Shown here: one piece after another, positions 36,816 through 49,780 of the stretch | How positions within the stretch are numbered: position 1 is the first letter of the stretch | Layout of the letters: each line of letters opens with the position of its first letter | From: Phoronis australis | Taxonomy: Eukaryota; Animalia; Phoronida | Direction: 5' to 3' | NCBI GenBank assembly: GCA_002633005.1 | Contig: NMRA01000102.1 | Span: 537,067-601,066 of the forward strand | Length of the DNA: 64,000 nucleotides | The notes under the pieces: model-generated | Seen by the model: only the letters and a program-made list of their open reading frames with translations | Told to the model about the DNA's origin: nothing | Database searches by the model: none | Position numbers and translations under genes: made by a program

Positions 36816-38977
36816 TTACATGGTAGCTTCTAAGTTATTTAACTCAGTGTCGTTGGTGTAATCGCTACCTCCAGTCGCAGAGGATTTCCGGTGACCGTCG
36901 GTGAAATATGGCGCACGATTGGAGCTCTTTTTCCTCGAAAAAATATTCCTGTATTTCAAAAATATAGTTTTTCTACAGACGTAAGCAAGGAATATGAAGA
37001 ATCCTTGCACTGAGTTGAAAATGATGAATAAATACCATAGCACAAGACTTCCAGTAAGAGCCGCTAGGTAGCCAAATATCCATGTGCTTCCCATAACAGT
37101 AGAAAGTTTAACTGTTATCAAAAACACGCGGCTAATTTCACCGCTGTTCTTGACGTGCTTTCTAACTTGACGCTTGGTTCTTATAAACTGGATAATCGTG
37201 AACACGATGAAAATGATATTAACGAATATGATACTCGCTAAGGGCATCGCAAAACCATAAAGAATTGATTCGTAACCCGAAATCCAACACCTCTCCTCAT
37301 CTGCGTATTGGAAAGGTATATCAGTGGCGAACTCCAGCGTAACACACGTGGCAATTATCAATGAAGGGCTTAGTACAGAATACAGCATATACTTATAAAT
37401 TGCATGCGGAGACGGTTGCCGCTTCTCCATAATTTTTTGAAACGTTCTGAAAATACAAAAACACATACTGTTCATCCAAAAGAACGCGCACAACCACAGG
37501 AAATGTTCAACTATGGCCACTATCTTACATAATGCTGGAAATTCAGTACAATCAATTGCAGTTAACATTATCAATTGCGCCATGAAAAGTGTTATAGCGA
37601 GGTTCATCATAATTTGACCAGGCAGTGTTCGAAGTTCATTGAAAAGTGCGTACGTCAGCACAAATAACGTTAGACCACATAAACTGATCACGTTTCCAGC
37701 GAGCGTCAGTTTGTACTGAGTTTCGTTGTATTCAAAAAAACGAAGACCAGTCACATTTGTGAACGGATTGCACACATACAGTAAGTTGCCTTGAATGAAG
37801 TAGTCACCTGGCTGAAACGATAAACCAGAGTTTACATATGCAACTCCGTCTTTCAGTTCATACTCGTCATCAGTGTATGTGATCATTGGACACTTGAAAT
37901 AGAAAGAATCGTTGGCAGTAATGTTATTCAAAGAAGTATTGTTCAAGCTCGTAATATTAATACGTCCTTCACCACACGATCCATCAAGCAATCTATGTTC
38001 CTTCGGTGGACAAACTAGTGGCCGACATTTCTGTGCCTGCTGGTCATAGAATCCGTTTTCGGAACATTTTGGAGAGGACGCAAGTATCTTCGGACTAAAC
38101 TCGTCACTCATCCCTGTGAAATCTATTAGATGAGAAAAACTGGACAACCCTTCATTGGGAAGTGGACGGGGATCGAAGCAGAATAACCTTGGCCAGCCCC
38201 CAACTGGACAACGCGCGAATTGTAACTTAACGCTATCATTAGTATCTGGAAAGTAGTCTGAAAAATACATGTATCTCGAGCATTCTTTTCTGTTACGTGG
38301 GCAACGTTTCGTGCATTTTGTGATCTTGGGTTCTACCTGTACATTGCAATGGTGAGCAAGCGATGGTGTCTTAGTCAATATTCTAAAATACCCTGACTTG
38401 TAGATCGATCGTAACCGTGCTGAGACGGTGCGGTTTTGCAGAAAGTAATTCAAGAGGGATATTATTTCGTTTTTTGTCATCGAATGAAATTCAGATTTTA
38501 GGGCGATACTGACTTCCCAAAATGTTCCTTTTCTAAGGATTTGTGGCACGTCTGCACGATGACAGACTGCGCAATAAATGTTCCGGAAGGAGTAGTATCT
38601 ACCATCTCTCAAGTATCCGTTAACGGGCAAAGTCTGGAACACGTCGTCATGGTTTACAAAGTGGCACTTGTTGCTAACATTGCCGTTGCTAAAATCATCA
38701 GGACAGCGCGAGATCACTATAGTACCGAAAGGGTAAATGCCGTAATCTAACGTCAGACATTCTGTGTAAAGGTTGATTGATTTGAAATTTGTTGCATTTG
38801 GTTTGTAGTCATGACAACAATCGCCGAATTCGGTACAGAACAGATCACAATAGCAGACTTGTTTGTAACGGTGTCGCCTATCTGCCAGGAGAGGGAAGGA
38901 GCAAGAAATACCACAGGCTTGATACAACGATGGCTTAGAAGGCTGAGAATCACAGGAAACTCCACACGTCTGGAACA
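36816..38977 (-). CDS. Main coding exon of a somatomedin-B-domain secretin-family (Methuselah-like/adhesion-type) GPCR
   Basis: Uninterrupted 720-codon frame with an SMB-like CYCDLFCTEFGDCCHDY, a Cys-rich ectodomain (FRNIYCAVCH) and seven hydrophobic helices carrying 7tm_2 motifs (LRTLPG..MMNL, CKIVAIVEHFLWLCAFFWMN, CWI, P....IFVN, MG.TWIFG, FNSVQGFFIF). Acceptor T10-CAG at 38978-38990, phase 1. Confidence 0.95.
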
Positions 38978-40599
38978 CTGAAAAAAAAAACGTATATTAC
39001 GTATAAATTTCTTTTGTTCCTTGCAACAGCATTGTGCTAGGAATTAACAGCCATTCCACGACGAAACCAAATTAAATAAAAATCACTCTAGGGATCATCT
39101 TTCAGCTTGAATTTTGTGTTTGTGATTGTGATGTGGTCCTGATGCAAAAATCGCCAATCTTGCACTTATTGACCCTGTGCTGTTTTACTATTGGCCTTTA
39201 AAGTTTCACCAAGAAAGTGGCATAACAAGTTAGATTGCATGCAATGAGAGAAAACAAATAATGAGATAAGGAAGTGGGTTATAAGAATTACCAAATAAAA
39301 TTAAAACTAATAATTTCGCTGCATTCATCGCGTAACAGGGGAGATATAATAATGCAGAGGGACGTTTTTGTAGTGTTGAAAGTGGGTGTCACTCAAGTAG
39401 TTCTACAAGCCAGTTTGCTGTGAACACGGAAATATATGTTTATAGATAGATCTTGGATGTGTGTGCAAGTTTAAGAAACCCGTCGAATGTACCTTTTTCA
39501 TTTTTTGTTTAATCAAATTGGTCCATTATTGCGTATTCTTCAGTTTTTATATGAAAGCTTTTTCTGACTTCATTACATTGAAAAAAATTCAAGGTGATAT
39601 AATTGATGAGCATTAACATGTTAGAGACTGTAATGCTGTCTGACATATCCACACACCATTGCACACCTTAAGCGTGGCACAGGTGATGACACATTTGTCT
39701 GGAGCCAATACTCAAAACGGTTGATGCCCTCAGAGACAATTTGTAGGATACCTTAAATAATTCATGTGATTTTTAATGAAATATTCCGATTCATACAGTA
39801 TTTCAAGGATATTTACCTTATAGTGATATACAATTCTTTTGAATTAAGTTTGGAGACCACATGAAGCGGACGAACCGAAAAGTATTTTTTTTCGCTTTGA
39901 AGACAAAAGCCCACATCACAGGAAAAGCATTGATATCTGAAACACTAAGATCAAAAGTGCATCGTGCGTTCAAAAGTTATCGCTATTCATGTGTCCAAAT
40001 TTGACTCACTGTTTGGTCGGCCATCTTGGATGCCAGCGGCACAGGTTACGAGTTTAAAAGTGCTAAAAATTACTGTCATCAATATTTTAACAGTACAGTT
40101 TAAGGACACTCTGTACAATCCAAGCGTTTACATCATGATTTAATGAGGCTGGCGTAACTTATTGAGTGGTTAAAATGCTCACAATTCACATTGGTCAACA
40201 TGGCGACTTTTGCTGTACTGAAAGAGATGTTCATCTGGCTAAAATGTCATCGGTGAAGCTTCAACTGTAATACATTTTTGCCACGCTGCTACCAAAAAGC
40301 AGTTTTGCTTTGTGGTTATCGCGCACGCGGTGATAAAATTAACGGCAACCAAAAAAGTGGAGTTGTAATTCTTCGCCAAAGTCAACTTAATTCTCACAAC
40401 TAAGCTTCATCAAAGATATGTGTAGAAGTAGAAAGGACCAATGATGAAAGTAATCGTTTCTTAAATGATAGTTTTAAGTGTAGATTGTATTTTTGACGAG
40501 GTGAAAGCTCGAAATCGGTAACCCAAATCCGGTCACGGCCCGTTTAAAATACACTGAAGTAACGAAATGAATACAGAAAGCGAATGGAAGTATTGTAGC

Positions 40600-40931
40600 C
40601 CCTATATGGCCAACCGAGGGGCTACGTGTTGCCTAGGCCGCGTTGCCTTGAATGCGCTAAATTTCCCCTTACTCCCAGCTCTCCTAATGTTGTTTATCCA
40701 TTTTCACGAAGTTCTTGGTTTGCAGGGAACACATAAAAACTCAGATTTTTATCTCTCTTGTTGGTTTTGAAGCAGCCAGGAGCACAACAAGTGTATCCGC
40801 CGTAAGTTTTCTTCGCGCTCATACCGCGTATTACGCTTGTTACTATGGCCGCTTTCGGAATCCTGACCACAGCACCCACAATGCACCATTTTAACCTAAT
40901 TTCAATATGGCGTCGCTGCAAATCCGCTATT
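40600..40931 (-). mobile_element. Truncated THAP-carrying element related to 34852-35893
   Basis: Minus-strand terminus AATAGCGGATTTGCAGCGACGCCATATTG versus AATAGCGGAGTTGCAACGCCGCCATATTG at 34852. ATG at 40822 gives MSAKKTYGGYTCCAPGC...LSFYVFPANQELR, then a frameshift and WINNIRRAGSKG. Confidence 0.75.
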
Positions 40932-41046
40932 ATACGCTCACAGAGAAGGGTCAAATACTGTTAAAAATCGATTTTGGCAAGAAAAGCGAAAAGAATATAA
41001 AGAAAGGTTGTCGAAAATAAGAATTTATGTAGTAACTATTTTCGGA

Positions 41047-42380
41047 TACTGGAACCACATGGGTAGTTTGAGAGCAGGACTTTAAAATGCACCCACGAAT
41101 GCATCGCAAACGGTGTGCTTTTAGGGTTTTATTTATTGGTCATAAAAATGGCCACTAGATGGCGCAGAAACGTACAATCCATCCGAAAAAGGGCACCTGT
41201 CATAGCTTCTTTCCTAGACAACTAATATTCACCAGATTTCATAGAAAGTTGTCACAGAACTTCAGAGAAACAAAGGGAAGCAGAATAAAATGAAAACTGC
41301 AACTAGGGAGCACAGTGTTCGTTGGATTTGGCCGAAAAGCGTCACTGCTTTTTGTTAGCTTCATGTAAATACACTTACTGAATTTAATAAACACCCAGCA
41401 GTAGGTTTAGGAGATACAACTATGGCCGCAAAATAAAGCAAAACTACCATTGGAGACGCCATAGTAGTCAAATTCATCATCATCAACCATCCTCTTCCTA
41501 CAGAGAACATAAACGCCAATTTTCAAAACCATCCTTATAATGATTTGTTTATAGGGGGGTTGCACGCATAAAACAGGAAAAAAATGGCCACTAGGTGGCG
41601 CAAAATACCTTGATTCTATCCAAAAACAGGAGGCTAGCGTCATCTCACCAACAGATGAATGTATTCAAAATTTTATGAAAATCCGTTGAGGCACTTATAG
41701 ATACGAAGATGTACGTAAAATCTAAAATTGTCACCAGAGGCCACACCAGTAGTCAGATCCGTCCGAAAGTCGTCGTTATTATTTGTCAACATCATATAAA
41801 TACACTTGTTAAATTTAGTAAAGATCCTACAAACGGTTTAAGCCATGGGCACATAAACCAGACTGCCATTAGGAGGCGCCACAGTAGCTAAAGTCATCGG
41901 AAAATCCTCGACAGCCGTCCTGTTTGTAGTAAGAACAAACATGCCAATATCCACCATCATCCTTAGAGTGGTTTGGTCAATAGAGGGATGGACGAGTAAA
42001 AACATTCCTGAAAACTGTAGAAATGGCCACTAGGTAGCGCAAATTAAGTTGAATCTATCCGAAAACGGGTGGATAGCGTCATCTCTTTAATAGATGCCTA
42101 CATGCCATATTTTATGAAAATACGCTGAAGAGCTTTGAAGATATAGAGGTGAGCGTAAAAAAAATAAAAATTGCCACTAGGGTGCGGACCAGCTAGTCGA
42201 ATTCATCCGAAAGTTCGCTCATGTCGTTCCATCCATGAAAGGAACACGTGCTAAATTTCATGAACATACGTCAAACGCATTTGGAGTTAGAGTAGCGGAC
42301 GCAGGACGCCGGACGGACGCTGCCCGGACGGAGATGACGGCATAATGCGTCCACATATAAACATGTGGGCGCATAAAAAA
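41047..42380 (-). mobile_element. Helentron-associated (DINE-1/HINE-like) element with internal diverged tandem units
   Basis: The minus strand starts TTTTTTATGCGCCCAC...GTGGACGCAT (5' inverted repeat), then a (GTCC)n tract and repeated blocks with GCGCCACCTAGTGG and ATGAAATTT motifs. The 3' sub-TIR GTGGGTGCAT lies at 41087-41096. Confidence 0.75.
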
Positions 42381-44401
42381 CATTTTTATTATTTCATTTT
42401 CTGTCAGGCAGTTAGCAGGCACAAGCAAACTGGCCCCAAGAGCATTTCAAAATTGGCTAAAATTCAAAGACACAGAACTTTGCAAAATTTTCCGAATTTT
42501 GACACTTCAGTGAAGGTTAACGGAAATTCCTTTAAAAAGCGAAAACTGATTTTGGACAGAGGGTTCAACATCTGCATCAGCATCATGAAGACCTTTCTTT
42601 CCTGTTTTAAGCCCTTTGAAAACAACTTCCCTAACTGAAACATTTGGAACCAAAAATAAGCTATTTTGGATCATAATATACACGATGCTCTAACCTAAAA
42701 CATAATGGCCAAAAATTTCAAATTGTTATTATAAACTTAGCTCACCACGATGTACACCTGTAAGAACACACATTTTTTTAAGATCTGTGTCGATGATTCT
42801 AGAGTCGACCTTTTAGTGCTCTAGTGGAAAGGCAGTTAGTTATTTGGTGGTATTGGAACAAGGACACCAATGATGTTTACACGAGAACAAGTATTAATAT
42901 TAAACGTAGACATTTGCAATCCTGCGTGCGAACATTGCCTGTCAACACCAGAACTGGATTCGGAATTACGCACTACACAAAATCAGGCTACCGAAATGGT
43001 GGAGCTTCAGGAGTACGCTTGACCCTAAAGTGATCAAAGGGCAAGTTTGAAATGCGGGATAGAATTCTCTATTTCCGTACCTCGAGAAAGGGTTGCGTTT
43101 AGGGAACGCGGGGGTCAGGCTATCCGTGTTATGAGAAGTTGTACAAACCTTGCTCTGCAGAATGCGTGAAAATCAACAGACGCATTTTTGCAGGTTGTCG
43201 TAGACGTGTTACTAAAAAGTGTTGATAGGTGCCCACAGTGCATCGCAGTCGTTAGATTTCTAGGAGTAATTATCAGTTTCAGGTATGGCACAAGGTTACA
43301 ACAATTTAACCAGAAGGGATCAGAAATGACAGTTTTGATGCCTCACCTTTAAGACGATCTAATTTACATGTACTTCTTTTCGTAAAGAACAATAAATAGG
43401 GTTTGGAAGGTACGAAGTTGCGTGTTGAAACAAAATGACACTTTTTGCAATCTGCTTAAAGATTTCCAACCATGCATTTCCTTAGTTACCTAACTTGAGA
43501 CAAATGCCAAAAAATCTGTTTAAATTATAACTCTTGATGCTCAATAGTCGCGATCTTCTAATTTTGAAAAAATTAGTATTTTCAAGTTTCGCTCCAAATA
43601 GTGTCATGGGTGGCATAGGGTTGCTAACTTGATAACCAATGGCAAAGGCATAGCACAGCAGATCATAAGACGAGGACGATTTTGAGCGAGAACTGGATAA
43701 TTTGAATGCAGACAGAGAAGAGAGTGGCTACAGGCATCACATTCAAGTATTTGAAGAATCCGGTAATGAATTCGACTTCACACTTAGCGGACTTTTGTTG
43801 CATTTTAGGCCATACGAACTCGACCCACTTGCACAAGAAATGGTGCAGAAATATGTGAGCCACAATCAACTGTACCAAGGAGTGATCATTATTAAAAAAA
43901 TAAACACTTAATTACCACTGACGACAAGTACTGTGGATTCATACCTGCGCATTACACACGTGCACCCAGCCTAAAATGCGGGGCTCTGGCATATATTCGG
44001 TTTTTTGTGTTCTCCTTTTTTCGGAGATTTTGTTTCTCGAAGGCGGATCTTTTTGCCCACTTTGTCAAAGAGGGAGATACGCTCTAGCCCCCCAACGCCA
44101 TTCCTGGCTGAGCGCATGCATCAATTCTTGGTCTTGAACAGTATGTCTACACTATGTGGACCTTTTTGGAGCAATAACTATTCCTGTAGTAGTGGCTCAG
44201 TGTTGGCCTAGACATGACCAATAATGATCCGTTGCCTGACGTTTACTGCCAAAGTGACAAAATGCATCTGTTATTAGACAAAATGATCTCAGTTATGTCC
44301 GTCAATATTTCACCCGAAACCATGCAATCACTATGACCGGCAACCCAGAACACTTACTATAGATGAACGAGGTACCAGCATCTGACATTGGGAGCACTTA
44401 C

Positions 44402-44636
44402 GGCCGATTTCATAAATGTAGTTTAAAGTTAAACCTGGTTTAAATATAGTCTGCATTTCATAAAGGTGGTTTAACTTTTAGACCAGTGGTCTAGTAAATC
44501 TGGTTTAACTCCAGTTTAGACCTGGTCTAAGTCGGTTTTCATTTCACCAACGAGGTCTGTATACTTTAAACCTGTATGGGTTAAGAACTTAAACCATATT
44601 TAACCTTAGACTTGGTCAGACCCAGGTTTAACTGTT
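44402..44636. mobile_element. One end of a Harbinger/PIF-like non-autonomous element
   Basis: GGCCGATTTCATAAA followed by AAACC/GGTTT-rich subrepeats. It is a close reverse-complement match to 59615-59835. Confidence 0.65.
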
Positions 44637-45425
44637 ACTTATGTCAGACTTTCATGGTACGGGTACATTTGAAGGATGCCACGGAGTGCATTTGCGACGC
44701 AGTTTTAGAGCAAATACAATGAGAACGACTGACAGTGGGAACTGCTCTTAAATGTATGAACTTTTACGTAGTAATTGAATTTTTGGCCACCAAATCGGAG
44801 TCGGGATCAAACAAAAGAGTGAGTCACTTTTGTGCTCTCATTAGTCTAGAGAGCACTAATACGAAATGTCCACTATTCCAGGTGGTGCAAGCAGCCGTTT
44901 TCAACTTGGACTTGATTTACAGTCATCCAATCCATCGTTTATATCCTTTTTATGCGCCCACATATTTATTTGTGGACGCATTATGCCGTCATCTCCGTAC
45001 GTCCGTCCGGCGTCCGCTGCTCTATCTCCAAAACGCCTTGACGTATGTTCATGAAATTTTGCACAGATGTTCCTTCTGTACTGAACACTCGGACGGATCC
45101 GATTACCGGTGTGCCCCCTAATGGAAATTTTAGTTTTTTACGTTTACCTCTGTATCTTAAAAAGTCTTGAACAAATTTTCATAAAATTTGGTATATATGG
45201 GCACCTATTAGTGAGACGGCGCTATCCTCCCGTTTTCGAATGAATTTGCCGTAGTTTGTGCTACCTACATGTATTGGCCATTTTTATTGTTTCCGAGTCT
45301 TGATTTTTGTGTCCACCCCTCTATCAACCAAACCGCTCAAAGTATGATTGTAAAAATTGGCATGTATGTTCTTACTTTGAAGTGGAAAGCTGACGATGTT
45401 TTTCCGACAATTTCGACGACTGTGG

Positions 45426-48400
45426 ACTCCAAAACTGCACACCGGAAGAGTTCACGGTCGTCAGAACAACCAGAAACAGGGCCACTGCCCTGTTCAGACG
45501 CTTCGCATCCGAGGCTGCCAATCGCCGATGGGATGAGCTTTGCAGCCGATCCAACTTGACAGCTACAGATTTCTGGCACTTCTATCGTAACATGGACAAG
45601 AGACGCGCTCCTCCCAGATCCATCCTACTGAATGCAAGCAACACCATTCTCAGAAATGACAGGGAACAGGGAGGGGCTTTTCTCCTGCGTTTCATCCAGC
45701 AAAGTGACCGCAGTGATGAATCTGAAAGAAACCTCATCCAACAACTAGATGGACTTTGCAAGACAGCTGAACAGGACAGTGAATTCTCTACAGCAGAGGT
45801 TGCGAATGCTATCAAAACTTGCAAAGAGGGTGCCCCTGGCCCCGATGGCGTGAGAATCCTGACACTCAAGTCTTTGCCTGACTTTCTGCTGGCCAAGCTT
45901 TTGAAGTCCTACAACGTCAGTTTGGCCACTGGAATCATCCCTCACATCTGGACAGATGCCTTCTTAATTCCTGTACCAAAACCTGGAAAAGATCATCGTG
46001 CACTCAAGGGATATCACATCATAGTGATGCAGAACGTCATTGGAAAAATCCCTGGAAGGATCCTTGCGCAAAGAATCACCAAGTTAATTGAACCCTGGCT
46101 CCTCCCAGGAATAGGTGCTTATCGACCTGGTGGAGATTCATGGGTGGGCCAATGCAGCTTCTGTTGCAGATGAGATATGACAAGGTTTTGAAAACAAAGA
46201 AAACACTCTCCTCGTTGGCCTTGATCTATAAGATGCGTACAATTCTGTTCAACTTCCAAAACTTGCGGATGGCATGCTTCATCTCGGTATTCCTGTACGA
46301 TGCATTTGATGGGTGATGAGTGCCCTCAACAGCCGGCAATGCATGCTAAAACATCGCACATGGCGTTCAGAATGGGTATCTGTCAACACAGGCTTACCCC
46401 AAGGTTCACCTCTGTCCCCGGTGCTGTTCAATATCTACACCCTCCCACTCGCCAGACTGAACCGCGCTGACTGCCGACTTCGCACCTTTGCAGACGACAT
46501 GCTGCTGTCATCGCAAGGACAAACACATCATGAGATTCTCCAAAAAGCACAGTCTACATTGATGGAAGTCTGCGAGTTTTGTGCTACCAGCGGAATGAGC
46601 TGCAATGGAGACAAATGTGAAGCTCTCTTCTGTACTCTGGACAATAGCCTCAGTGTTGATGATTTCCCTTGCCCTACCTAAGATGGGAAGTTGTTTGCAA
46701 CATCTGACCACATGCGTCACTTGGGTATAGAACTCGACCGAAGGCTCAAGTTAACAGTATGATCAGCCGTGCTAACAGAGGAATCAATGCCCTTAGGGCT
46801 GCGGCTGGTCGGAAGGCGGAGGAAAGGCACCTCGTCATGCTTTATAAAGCCCTGGTCACTTCGGTCTTTGACTACGCTCTCCCCATGATCAACATCAGTA
46901 AAAATCAAATCAACAGACTTGAGAGGCTCCAAAACATTGGTCTTCGCGTCATCACTGGATGTAACAGATCTAAGTCAGTCACAGCATTACGTTACCTTGT
47001 CGGTGTTCCTAGCATTGCAGACAAGGTATTACTGTAGCCAAGGCTGTTCAAAGCTCCTTCCATCCATTACACAGTCAAATGAAGACTGCACTTGACAGGT
47101 GCGTGAACCACGTCCCTGCAACAGAAACTTATGGACTTCGCCCTAGACCTTTTCGCAATGCCTCCCACCAAAGACTTAGCAGGTGCTCGTGGACTGTCGC
47201 TGCTGTTAACGCAACCATGGATATCATCGGCGAACACATGATCGCGCAAGACACTGCTTGGCTGCCAGTACAAGAACTTGGTGAGGAACCGAATGTCATC
47301 ATTGCTTTCAACAGGGAAGCTCGGGAATGGCCTCCTGGAGTAGCCCAAGCATTGTGCCGTCAGCAATGGCGTGATCTTGGCGGTATTAATGTCATCATTG
47401 TAGCAACTGATGGATCCTTCGATGGCGAAACTAATCGTGCGGGATGGGGTTATCAAAAACACTGTGCTAACAACGTCATTGCGGAAGGTAGTGGCTGCCA
47501 CCGTGTATACACAAGCAGTAGGCGGATGGAGTTTGAGGCTATACTGTACAACGTGCCCTAACCAAGCTGTCACTCCTAGACCTGGAGAATCACACCATTT
47601 TCTTTGCCACCGATTCCATGGCAGTGTTGATGAAAGTTCAATCTGGAAACCTCCCAGCCAACTGGGGTGTCTTCGATCACGCCACCCTCATCATGTAGTG
47701 ATCTGATCTTTCGTACCTGGCCACGCTTGTGTCTTGATTAATGAGCGTGCAGATTACCTCGCTGGCTCATGCACCACCAACCAACCCCTCTACTTATATT
47801 CGGCTGACGTTAAAGGCGAAGGCAACCTTTTCCATGTCATTTTGAGCTAAAATGAGGTTGATTGGTTATCCTAGACATATTTTCCACTTAATTACAGCTT
47901 TTCGTAATTTTAGTAATTTCTCGTCCGCTACTCCGGAAGTGACGTTTTAGGAGGCAAGCATTTCACGCCAATTTCTTTTCATGTAGTCTGACTGTGAAAG
48001 CTGTCGAGCCAGTCATTGTTCTACCTCGGTTGTGTTTAGTTCCGTCGTCGTTTGCTTTCATTTACTAGTCAGTCAACATGCCACACTGTTGCTGCGTACC
48101 AGGATGTACTAATTATCGGCTCACGCGCCCTTTGGGAGTACCTTTGCATCGCTTTCTGAAGGATGACACACTTCGCCGTGCTTGGCTCGTTCGTGTGAAG
48201 AACGCAGCGTTACTCGTCCACGCAATGTACAAAACAGTGGAGAATTACCGTGTGTTTGGCAAGCACTTTCTGCCGTTCGATTACGAAAGGGATTTGTACG
48301 CTGAACTGATGAAGGTCCCCACGTCTGAAGAAGGATGCCATTCCGTCTGTATTGATTCCCGGCAGTGCCCCGTCGCCACCCCGGAGAAGTGGGTTTTTGA

Positions 48401-49780
48401 AGCGATAAGCCTCGCGAGCTGTGGCCAGTACAGTGACTGGAGCCAGTGGAGGCACTTCATCTACTGTCACCCGTGCCTCCGAACGTACCCCAGAGCGTGC
48501 AATTCCTGGAACCAGTAGTGATTGGCCCTGTGCTGTTTTCTCCAGCCCAGAGCCTCTAAGCAGCCCTGCAGCGATATTGAGTAGTGGGAGTGATAACAGG
48601 CTCAGTACGACACCCAGTGAAGAGGACAGTTCGTCGCCCAGTGAACAGATCGGTGAGCCAAACTTTGATAAGTTTATTGTGGAATTGTCTAAAGTGTTTT
48701 TGCTATTTAGAAGGTGCCAGGTGTATGGCGAGGGAGTCACACGACACGGTGTAAGCAGTTTGGGTGCTCAGGTCACCATCCAGTGGGAGTGTGTCACGGG
48801 ACACTCTGGCAAGTGGGACAGTTGTTCCTCTGTCCGTGGTATGCCGGAGGTCCACTTAACCATGTCCAGTAGTGGCTTGGCCTCGTCGAATTCTGAACAG
48901 CACAAGCATTCCATTGAGGTAGGCATAACAACGTACACAGTGCAATTGTACCAAGATGTGTCACCACGTCTGTCCTCAGTAGCCGCCTCGTTTCTATCAA
49001 CAGCTGCCTGTGCCTGTGCGTACTCTGTCTCGTTATACTAGGGCTCAAACATGTACCCACCCACTGAATGTCCGTGAAAAAATTCCTCGTCACCACTGCT
49101 GTGAACAAGGTCTCCGTCACTCACACTACTGTCACTGTGATACGGGTCACCGACTCCAGCCATTTTCAGCTTACAACACACTAAACAATTCCTAAATCCA
49201 ACGTAGTTGAGTTCTCTACTAACCTATCTTGCTGCAGAATACTCGCCGATGGAAAGTGGTGGCGACAATTGTTGAAAAACAGCACAAAACAAAAGTAGAA
49301 TAGAACAGATTCGAACGATAAAGTCAACGCAAAACCAAGTGGTGGGAAACGCTTGCCTCCTAAAACGTCACTTCCGCAGTAGAGGACGAGTAATTTATAA
49401 AATTACGAAAAGGTGTAATTAAGTGGATAATATGTCTAGGATAACCAACCAACCTTATTTTAGCTCAAAATGACATGGAAAAAGGTTGCCTTCGCCTTTA
49501 AGCTGCTGGCCCGCAAACGCAAGCTCGAGCAGACTGCATCCCAACTGGCTGAGTTCAATGATGGCAGCCGACTGTTCGAAGCCGGTATTATTTATGGTCA
49601 TGCTGCGAAGAGTCACAAGAAGAGCCGTGCCCGAGTGCTGTCAAATCAAATGCTTACAGGCAACGTCAGCCCTGGAGTTCTGCGCCTTCTGCTGTCACGG
49701 GGATGGTCTGAGGAGGGGAATGATGTACCAGCATATCCCCAATGATCCTGTCCGTGACAGGTATTACAGGTATTACATTA
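45426..49780 (+). mobile_element. 5'-truncated RNase H-containing LINE (I/Ingi group)
   Basis: RT motifs APGPDG, PVPKPGKD, LDL*DAYN, GLPQGSPLSPVLFNIY and FADD. RNase H motifs ATDGS..GWG, SS..ME..A and PGHA.V..NERAD.LA. Tail of ATTAC repeats at 49763-49781. TSD CGACGACTGTGG at 45414-45425 and 49781-49792. Confidence 0.93.
47814..49497 (+). mobile_element. Internally deleted Kolobok DNA transposon (THAP-transposase N-terminus plus convergent KolX remnant)
   Basis: TTAA TSD (47810-47813 and 49498-49501), AGG...CCT ends and ~150-bp TIRs. Plus strand: THAP (MPHCCCVPGC...LHRF.KD..LRRAW...KHF) and KFIV..S....LF..C...G......EC..GH...W.S....MP. Minus strand: YMFEP and SWYNC..Y..MPT..ECLCCSE. Confidence 0.9.

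Noticed and set aside
43660-43880. Protein-like stretch ...FRPYELDPLAQEMVQKYV...
   Set aside because: Possibly a transposon-derived exon, but I could not assign a family or partner exons.
48210-48740. 176-aa minus-strand ORF
   Set aside because: It is the antisense shadow of the Kolobok transposase region.
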